DNA from: Histomonas meleagridis 2922-C6/04-290x | Lineage: Eukaryota > Protista > Parabasalia | DNA length: 13,813 nucleotides | Assembly (NCBI GenBank): GCA_020184695.1 | Contig: JAANOX010000092.1 | Location: 1 to 13,813, forward strand | Direction: 5' to 3' | Shown: in pieces, positions 1 through 8,184 of the stretch | Position numbering within the stretch: position 1 is the stretch's first letter | Layout of the letters: each line of letters begins with the position of its first letter | Made by a program: the position numbers and the translations under genes | Notes under the pieces: generated by a model | What the model was told of the DNA's origin: nothing | Databases searched by the model: none | What the model saw: only the letters and a program-made list of their open reading frames with translations

Positions 1-1
1 G

Positions 2-581
2 GAAAAATATACTTATATAACACCTAAAAAAATGAATAAATTTATAAATACTTATAATAATAGTTATCATTCTGCAATGAATTGTTCTCCTAATGAAATG
101 TTTAATTATAAAGACTTAGAAAAAAAGTATATTTAGGTGTTTAAAATTGATCGATAAACAACAAAAAATTAAAGATTTAATTATACCAGTAGGTTCTTAT
201 GTTAGATATATATTACCACGGCATGACGGTATACATAAAAAACGTTATCAAATTAGCAGAGAAATGTACAAAATAGATGACCGTAAAGGACATATGTATA
301 CATTAATTGCTAAAGATGGTTGCGTAATAACGAAGCCTAGACATCAATTAATTATAGTGAAAAATAAAGCTGAACATAAATATAAGTTAAATACTATACC
401 TAATAGATGGAATGGTTCTATAGAAAAGATATTATCATATGATAAAGCTAAAAATAAATATACTGTATTATTTAAAGTTCCGGGTAGTAAACCTTATAAA
501 GACATTATACCAGCAAGTTATTTACGTGGAAATACTTATCAAAAAATAAGTGATATTGAAAAAGAATTCTTTAAAAAATAA
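2..581 (+). pseudogene. Retroviral-type (rve) integrase, C-terminal part, frameshifted near 128-136
   Basis: Frame 2 reads ...INTYNNSYHSAMNCSPNEMFNYKDLEKKYI* (YNxxxHSxxxxSP is the typical end of the rve core). It stops at TAG 134-136, and frame 3 continues FRCLKLIDKQQKIKDLIIPVGSYVRY... Restoring a TA in AAGTATATTTAGG joins them (KYIFRC). Tail has an SH3-like segment (VGSYVRY...YKI...GHMYTL) and a chromo-like segment (IEKILSYDKAKNKYTVLF). Confidence 0.8.
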
Positions 582-627
582 GTGAGCCAAAGTGAGTTAT
601 GAGTCAGTAATGATTGAGTAATGAGTA
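582..627. repeat. Short TGAG(T) motif cluster directly after the integrase stop
   Basis: TGAG at 583, 593, 600, 615, 622 (four of them TGAGT) within 46 bp. Confidence 0.4.
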
Positions 628-681
628 TATATGATAATAAATTGATGTAAATTAATCATATTTTTGTTCAAAGTTTACTAT

Positions 682-922
682 TACGATGAATTTAATTAAA
701 ACTCTTGTATGTCCTCAATGTCCACGATGTCCTGGATAGTCCATGGACAGTAACATTCTCCTAAAACTTACCCGCAACACGCAACTACGCAACAATACAT
801 ATATCCTAACAGTAGATGTTGTTATATGCTTTTTGCTAACAATTTCTATAATAAGACCTTTATAAAGGACATAGTCGACTATTTTGTCGGACAAAAATAA
901 CTATATATATTGTTTATATGGC
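682..922 (+). repeat. Inverted repeat copy A (modular, origin/promoter-like)
   Basis: Matches the reverse complement of 2767-3004 in blocks: 707-748 vs 2936-2977 (38/42), 761-796 vs 2888-2923 (34/36), 830-854 vs 2833-2857 (25/25), 859-874 vs 2811-2826 (16/16). Also TACGATGA at the outer edge and ATGGCG at the inner edge. Confidence 0.92.
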
Positions 923-925
923 GCT

Positions 926-2832
926 TTAATTATCACATATTAATTCATAATTACTGACTTCAACATCATTATCGGACTCTGTTTAGTGATATATAGTCTT
1001 GTACTCATCCTTTAATAAATAATACCAACGCCTATCACCAGTGGACTCACGTTTTCTAATACATTTATCTTTCAATTGTAGTTGAACAGACCTTGTTTTA
1101 ATCTCATAAGATTTATAACTTAAAGCGTCACTACATACCCAACTTTTACATAACGCATAATAATGATCACATATAAATTGTTCTACAGGGTTTTTAAAAG
1201 CTTCTATTAAGTCTTGTTTAGCTTCTGTCATAGGTATGATTCTTGAATTAAAATTACTAATATCTCTTTGTATAAAATATGTTAATAAAAATGACTATAA
1301 AACTCTGAAGTAAAACTGTTATATAGAGTATTCCAATAATCATGATTGTCCTTATATTTGCCATTACATAATAATACAACATATCTTCTATCACCAGACT
1401 CAATTTTAACATAATAACTATTATAAGTAATAAATATTAAATTAGCAACGTTTTCAGAAGTTCTTCTAGGTTGATTTTTCTCATTAATTCTGATAATTTT
1501 GTCAGTAATAATTGATTTTAACGTGTCAAAGTTAGCCAACCTGTCTTCACCAGCGTTCTTTAATTCATTGAGAACTAATAACATCTTACTTTCAATAACA
1601 CTGTTGAAGTTACCTGTTAACTCACCTATTTGATTAATGTTATTTTCACTATAACCGCTTAATAGCTCACATATAACGTCTGTAAAGGTGTTCTTACCTA
1701 TTCCTTGTAAACCTTTTAATACAATAGCTGTTTCAGTCTTTTTGCCAGGATTTTTGATTATGTAAGATATCCAGTTTAATATATAGTTATATATATAATC
1801 ATTGTTATCGGCAATTACTTCATGAATAAGACTTAAGTATTGAGATATTATATCTATGTTTATATTATCAACAGTGCTGTATTTATAACATTGAAACAAA
1901 GAGAATATATTTTTGTTATTTTTACTATAGAATTTAACACCTTTGATAGTTAATTTAGATTGATAATTAATGATAGCATCATATGCTGTTATATACTTAT
2001 TACCATCTTTCCAAAGTTTAATCATTTTGAGCGATTTATTCATAGTAGATTCTGTTAATAATAATATTTTATATTTATTATTATGAATATCAAATGTCTT
2101 CTGAATAAACATTAAGTTATGACTTTCTATAAATCTAATCACTTTGCTTAGATCTTAAACGATATCCTTATAACATTTATATATGTGGTTTTCAGCTTTC
2201 TCACGTATATTTGTCATAGTAAAGTTATCATTAAGGTCTATGTTATGTATTATACCTTCATCAGCACTACCTTTAATATATGTATTATAATAGTCTTCAT
2301 TATAGAGTTTAATTATTTTAATTAAAACTCCGTAATGAGTTTGTAAATGCATATATCTCTCTTTAGCATTATAAAAGTTAGATTTAGCATTAGGCGTTAA
2401 GTTACAATTATTATATATAAAGTCATATGCTTCATTTATTACTTCATTAGGCAAACTGTTAATAGCGTGAAATAGTGGAAATAGTGTTATTTCTTTTGAT
2501 AATAGCATATAACCAGCATCATTATGTATTTCAAGACCTTCTAAACCGTACATTAATGTTCTAGCAAAACCGACAGTGATATTGTCAGAGTTATTATACA
2601 TTATAATTATATTTTGAACTTCCTGTGATTGTTCTATAGTTATTTTTATATCTAAATCCTTTAATATATCATTAACATTTCTGATAATAATACTGTCATA
2701 ATTACCTCTAATAAATTCATATGTTGAAATAGATAATTTATGTGATGAATCTCTATATTTTGAACCCGCCATTACAATTAATGAACGTTTATTTTCATCG
2801 TATTGTCCGTCTATGTCCTTTATAAAAGGGTA
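926..2832 (-). pseudogene. Primase-associated domain + SF3 (D5/NrS-1/DUF5906-like) helicase; one gene split into three track ORFs
   Basis: ORFs 2155-2772 and 1282-2142 are in frame, separated by one TAA (DIV*DLSKVIRF). ORF 983-1231 joins via a frameshift in the A-run near 1287-1290 (...SH|LLTYFIQRDISNFNSRIIPMTEAKQDL). Walker A GLQGIGKN, Walker B LLVLNE, motif C region NLIFITYN, arginine finger DRRY. Frame stays open upstream of the ATG to 2832 (YPFIKDIDGQYDENKRSLIV-MAGSKY) and past the TAA at 983-985 for 18 acidic codons to 926. Confidence 0.85.
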
Positions 2833-3004
2833 TTATTATAGAAATTGTTAGCAAAAAACACACCAATACTATTATTATTGTTGCTAAATTGTTGCGCAGT
2901 TGCGTGTTGCGGGTAAGCTTTAGACGAAGTTGTTCGTCCTAGGACTATCCAGGACATCCAGGACATTGAGGACATACTATAATAATAGCTTAAATCATCG
3001 TATT
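2767..3004 (-). repeat. Inverted repeat copy B, overlapping the 5' end of the helicase gene
   Basis: Reverse-complement match to 682-922. GGAC at 2942, 2952, 2961, 2970; palindrome GTCCTAGGAC 2936-2945; hairpin GACGAA-GTTG-TTCGTC 2923-2938; three GTTGCG units at 2891-2911. Confidence 0.92.
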
Positions 3005-3046
3005 TATTGAGATATTCATATTTTATTGCTGATTCGATATATTTTT

Positions 3047-3258
3047 ATATATTGATTAGTTTATACAAAAGTGTCATTATTAACGGTCAACTTATATGAT
3101 GTATTTGTACATAATATTACTCATATTTAAATAATTAATATATTGATTAGTTTATACAAAAGTGTCATGTTATATGAAAAATAACCGTTAACAGACTTGT
3201 TATATGAAAAATAACCGTTAACAGACGTGTTATATGAATAATAACCGATGACACTTTT
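3047..3258. repeat. Intergenic repeat cluster: 31-bp direct repeat, 30-bp tandem repeat, 11-bp inverted repeat
   Basis: ATATATTGATTAGTTTATACAAAAGTGTCAT identical at 3047-3077 and 3138-3168. Unit TGTTATATGAAAAATAACCGTTAACAGAC(T/G) about 2.7 times at 3168-3247. AAAAGTGTCAT (3158-3168) is inverted at 3248-3258. Confidence 0.92.
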
Positions 3259-3287
3259 TAATGTAAACATCACAAAAATATATAAAA

Positions 3288-6200
3288 TTAACTTATAAAT
3301 ACAGATACTGTATGATTATTTATTACAGCTGTAATTTTACCAATAATCATACTGTTTATTTTTGTTGTTAATACAGTATCATCATCTAAAATACTGCCGT
3401 CAAATAATATTATATCGCCAACAGAATATTTACTAGAATCATTAACGTTAAAATAATAATCTCCGTGAGTAGCAAAATCTATAGTATCTTGATTAATACT
3501 AATATCTTGTTTTATAGTATCTCCTATTTGAAAAACACTGTTAGCAATATGTTTATCAACACATATTCCTATAAATTCTTTATAAGAACCTGTACTTTTA
3601 ACAGAAGGTATACAATTAGTAGAATCTGTAGTAGAAATATACTTATTAACATCATTTTCATTAACTAATTTATAAACATCACCTGTTATAAATACTGGTT
3701 TTCCAATAGTAAAATTATCGATATTTTCATTTTCAGAAATAGGACTGTTATGTATAATTGTTTTATTAATTTGACCTCCTCCTGAACTGCTAATAATTGC
3801 TTTTCATCTACCTGTGTTTTTAATACAGCATTTTGATAAGGAACTATATCACTTGGTTCATGAGTATGACTCGTTAATGCTAAATTATTTAAGTTAATTC
3901 CGTTAACAGTATTACAATTTATATTACCGTTACTGTTAAAAGTAATTGATCCAGAACCGTTTCTTTTAAACTCTAATGAATCAGTAGATGTTATTCTCCA
4001 AGAGTAATCACTGTTAAATTCATTATTATCATGAAAATCTATATAACAACCTACTTCCATAACACCATCACTTTTAATAGTAGCTATACAAGGCAATGTG
4101 TTTAAATAATTTCCTGCTGAAGAACCGTTATTCAAATAATAATTATTAATTTTACCGTTAACAGTTAAGTCGTTATTTATAGTATTATGAGTATGATTTA
4201 TTAAAGAATATTTATCATCATGATTATGACTTGTTAAAGAGAAGTTATCAACAGGTATATTATTAATATAATTTACTTCTAAATTACCATATATTTTTAA
4301 ATCGTTATTTATAGTGTTGTGAGTATGATTTATTAAAGATATGTTATCAGTGTCAATATCATTAATATAATTACAATTTATATTTCCGTTAACAGTTAAA
4401 TTATTATTAACAGTTAAATTATTATTAAATTCTGTATGAGTATGATTTTTTAAAGAAATGTTATCAGTATCAATATCATTAATATAAGTACAACTAATGC
4501 TTCCGTTAACAGTTAAATTATTATCAATTGTGTTGTGAGTATGATTTATTAAAGAATATTTATCGTCATGATTATGATCTATTAAAGCATATTTTTCATC
4601 ATGATTATGAGAACTTGGCGGAAAAGTTGTTGGTTTATCAGTAATATCATTATAACTATGAGTATGATTTATTAATGAATATTTATCGTCATGATTATGT
4701 GTTGTTAATGAAATATTATTAGTATTAATACCGTTAATAGAATTACAACTAATATTACCGTTTTTATATATACTTACGTAATTACCGTCACAAGTTTTAA
4801 ATCTTAAACAAGTATCAATATTATCATCAGAACCTACGTAATGTTCTATTATACTACAATCATCGCCATATGGTAATACACCTATTTCCATTCTGATAGA
4901 ATTACCTGTTACTGCATTAGATCTATAAATGAATAATCCTTGATAAATATTTGTATCATCTGGATATTTGCTGCAATCAATATTGATATTACGTTTTGAT
5001 GTTAATATTCTGCAGGAAATATCATTATCTACTAATAAATCTTGTTCAACCTTTGTCCAAACGCCGTATTCATTATATGATATTCCTGTTAAAGCCTTAT
5101 TTATATCAGTTAAATTATCATTAGTTAAATACTGATCATGAGTATGATTTATTAATGAAAAATTATCAACAGGTATATTGTTAACAGAATTAACTTCTAT
5201 ATTACCATTAACTTTTAAATCTTGATTTATATCAGTATATATTTCATAAACATCTTCTTCCTCAGTAGTTTCTATATAATCTTTATTAAAAGTAATTCCT
5301 GTTAACTTATTGTTAATATTAAATATATCATTACTAATTATTGATAATTCATCTAAATCAATGCCGTTAATAAAATTACATTCTATATCACCATTTATTT
5401 TTAAATCTTGATTAATATTAGTATATATTTCATAAATATCCTCTTCCTCCTCTTCTTCATTAATAATTGTTTCTAATAAATCCTTATGATAAGTAATTCC
5501 TGTATAATTATTTAAATCAGAGCTTATTAAGTATTGATCATGAGTATGATTTATAAAACGTTTATATATCTGACAGTCAACTAATAACATACCTAATTCA
5601 TTAGTTCTCTGTCCTTTAGAAACATCTTTATAATAATATTTTAAGTTCTTAAATATAGTATTCATTTCAGGAAACAGATTTATTAAATAATTATATTCAT
5701 TAAAACTATTATCGATATCAGTATCATCAGGACCTTCTAAATCATCTAAATTTTCATCTGTTGATATATCATATTCATCAAAAACTACTGATCTTACTGT
5801 AGGTATAGGTATATAACCCCTGGCTCCTGTAACCACATTCTTTAATCTGCTAATTAACGACATAGCCCAAGAACTGTTTTTAATACTGTTATATACTTTA
5901 CTTGCCAGTTCAGCAAATTCAGCTAATGACATAGCAAAAGAAAAGGCATCTAATAAGTATTCTAGCCAGTTCTTCTTATATCCTTCACCATCTTCTCCAG
6001 GAGCACCTGTTAATAATTCTTGTATCTCATCATCATCTATAATCATTTGTTTTGTTAAATAATATTCTGATGTTAATACTCCATCAACATTAACTATCCC
6101 ATAAGTATGTCCACTGTCTTCTAACATAATACTATTACCGTTTGGAAAATTAATTAATAAATTGTTTTCAGTAATTCCTTCATCGGTGATATTATCGTAA

Positions 6201-7324
6201 GTTGATATATTAACACCATTCTCAAATAATATTACATCAGAAATAGTTAAAATACCGTCTTCAATAAGTGCTATATTATTAGTATCAATTTCGTTGATTT
6301 TACCGTTAACTATAAGATCTTGATTAATTAATGTATATTTTTCATAAATATCCTCCTCTTCCTCCTCATTAGTTTCTAATAATTCTTCGTTATAATAAAT
6401 ACCAGTTAATTTATTATTAATATTATCTAAATTAGCACTTGTTAAATAATCACTATGTATATGATCTATTAATGAATATCTATCATCATGGTTATGTGTT
6501 GTTAAAGAAAAACTGTCAACAGATGTATTATTTATAGAATTACATTGAATATTGCCGTTATTATTAAAAATAATTGTTTTACCGCCTTTTGCTTGAAAAC
6601 TTAATGTATCAGTTATAGCTCTAATCCTCCAAGTATTATCTTTATTATAATCATCTCTATAATGAAAATCAATGTATTCTCCTACTTCCATAACGCCGTC
6701 TGTTTTAACAGTAGCTATACAAGGAATTGTTATTGTTGAATTAGATCCTCCTCCAGCACTGTTTAAAATATAATAATCATTAATTTTACCGTTAACAGTT
6801 AAATCATTGTTAAAAATGTTATGAGTATGATCTATTAAAGCATATTTGTTATCATGATTATGATCTATTAAAGAATATTTGTTATCATGATTATGATCTT
6901 TTAAAGCGAAATCTTCTGTAGAATAACCGTTAATAGTATCTATTAAAAGATTACTTATACTGACGTTATTATTATCTTCATTAATTTTAACAAATTCTTT
7001 GTATAAATCTAATACTTTATCAATATCACTAAACATTTGTTTTAAATAAGCATTATTCATAATATTGGATCCTGTAATAATATCACTTACTAATATATCA
7101 TTTATTAAAGTAATGTTTTTAATACTGTTATCTAAAGGATTAATTATTATATGATTTCTTCCGTATGTAAATATAAATGATTTATCTAAACTGTTAATTG
7201 TTAATGAACAAATTCCGTTTGAAATAGTATCTGCTGTTTTACTGTGATTAGAATATATTACACTGTTTTTATTTAATAATGATTTTACTATATTTTCTAA
7301 TATTTCGTATTGTTGAAGTGTCAT
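3288..7324 (-). pseudogene. Large virion fibre/appendage protein (about 1345 aa if repaired), frameshift at T-run 3801-3804
   Basis: 17 H-x-H motifs, repeated DLxVNGxIxCNxINxI beta-shaft units, HTHSYNDITDKPTTFPPSSHNH, two GVMEVGxYIDFH modules. Adding one A to GATGAAAAGCA opens about 172 further codons (KAIISSSGGGQINKT...FATHGDYYFNV...IIGKITAVINNHTVSVFIS*) ending at 3288. Confidence 0.78.
6827..6899 (-). repeat. 33-bp coding tandem repeat (DHNHDNKYxLI) in the fibre gene
   Basis: 6827-6859 and 6860-6892 are 32/33 identical, plus a partial third copy. Confidence 0.9.
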
Positions 7325-7363
7325 TTTATTATATTATAAATAAATATTTTTATTGTTAATAAA
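7325..7363. promoter_or_regulatory. Putative compact bidirectional promoter between divergent fibre and 259-aa ORF
   Basis: Only 39 bp, almost pure A/T, between two divergent ATGs, both in AAAATG context. Inferred from gene layout only. Confidence 0.35.
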
Positions 7364-8143
7364 ATGTTAAGTGAAACACAACTTAATTATCGAGTGTCTG
7401 AATTATCCATAGAAGAAAATAATACTAATTTAGATATAGAAGAATATGAAAGAGATTTAACGTATGTAAATAAAAATGTTGGTTATACATTTAGATATCC
7501 ACAACGTTGGTTAGAATCTCCTAGTCAGAATAAAGTAGTTGGAATAAGAAGACTTGATATAATACCTACTTCTCACGTAATTTCATTAAAATGTGTTGCA
7601 AAAATTGATGATGAAGAACAAATAAAAACTATTGTTAATATTCAAATTATTAGTAATAATACTTTGCTGGAAATAATTACTTATTTAATCAATTCTCTTA
7701 ATAATGCATTTACTACTAATGATCCCGGTTTTGAATACTTATATAATGAAAAAGGAGAACTTATGATTAATTGTGATTATGAATTCAAATTTGTTGATCC
7801 TATTAATGGCGCATATGACAACAATATAAATAATTTCTTAATATTCTTAAATCAAGATACTACAGATGATAATTATAGTATATTAAATAATTTGATTAAT
7901 GATAAATCCTCTACTAATGTTTGGAATAAAGTATATTTTAAATTCCGTGCATCATTCAGTGATAGTAAAAGAAGATTTATTGGTGTTAAAGGTGATTTTT
8001 ATGAAAAACCAACTGTTATATATAATGCACCTTCTGACGGATCTACTTTTAATATACAATTTACATCTGATGGAAAGAATCCTATATATCCTATTCATTG
8101 TAGATTTATTATACAATTAGTATTCATGTATAATTATAAGTAA
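7364..8143 (+). CDS. 259-aa beta-rich protein, possible single-jelly-roll minor capsid (penton) paralog
   Basis: Intact ORF with element-like codon usage. Alternating hydrophobic strands (YTFRYP...VVGIRRLDIIP...FNIQFTSDGKNPIYPIHCRFIIQL) loosely follow the penton pattern. Product call is inference. Confidence 0.45.
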   Translation: MLSETQLNYRVSELSIEENNTNLDIEEYERDLTYVNKNVGYTFRYPQRWLESPSQNKVVGIRRLDIIPTSHVISLKCVAKIDDEEQIKTIVNIQIISNNTLLEIITYLINSLNNAFTTNDPGFEYLYNEKGELMINCDYEFKFVDPINGAYDNNINNFLIFLNQDTTDDNYSILNNLINDKSSTNVWNKVYFKFRASFSDSKRRFIGVKGDFYEKPTVIYNAPSDGSTFNIQFTSDGKNPIYPIHCRFIIQLVFMYNYK

Positions 8144-8184
8144 ACAATTATATTAAAATGAACAAAAATAAAATAGTTATATTT

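Noticed and set aside
871-882. 12-bp palindrome ATAGTCGACTAT in repeat A
   Set aside because: Not present in copy B, so there is no conservation support for a separate function.
682-3004. Classical TIR DNA transposon (cut-and-paste) carrying the helicase
   Set aside because: No transposase inside and no target-site duplication visible at the outer edges (ACTAT vs TTTAT).
3047-3258. CRISPR array
   Set aside because: Repeats are directly tandem or occur only twice, there are no unique spacers of regular length, and no cas genes.
3465-3668. 67-aa plus-strand ORF
   Set aside because: Antisense shadow of the frameshifted fibre C-terminal domain.
3686-3800. Hydrophobic C-terminus (LYITVLFLKMKISIILLL) suggesting a membrane anchor on the fibre
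   Set aside because: It arises after the probable frameshift; the alternative frame is far longer and protein-like.
3686-7324. HNH endonuclease suggested by 'HNH' tripeptides
   Set aside because: These are short H-x-H fibre repeats, not the beta-beta-alpha-metal nuclease motif.
7899-8120. 73-aa ORF
   Set aside because: Out-of-frame overlap fully inside the 259-aa ORF.
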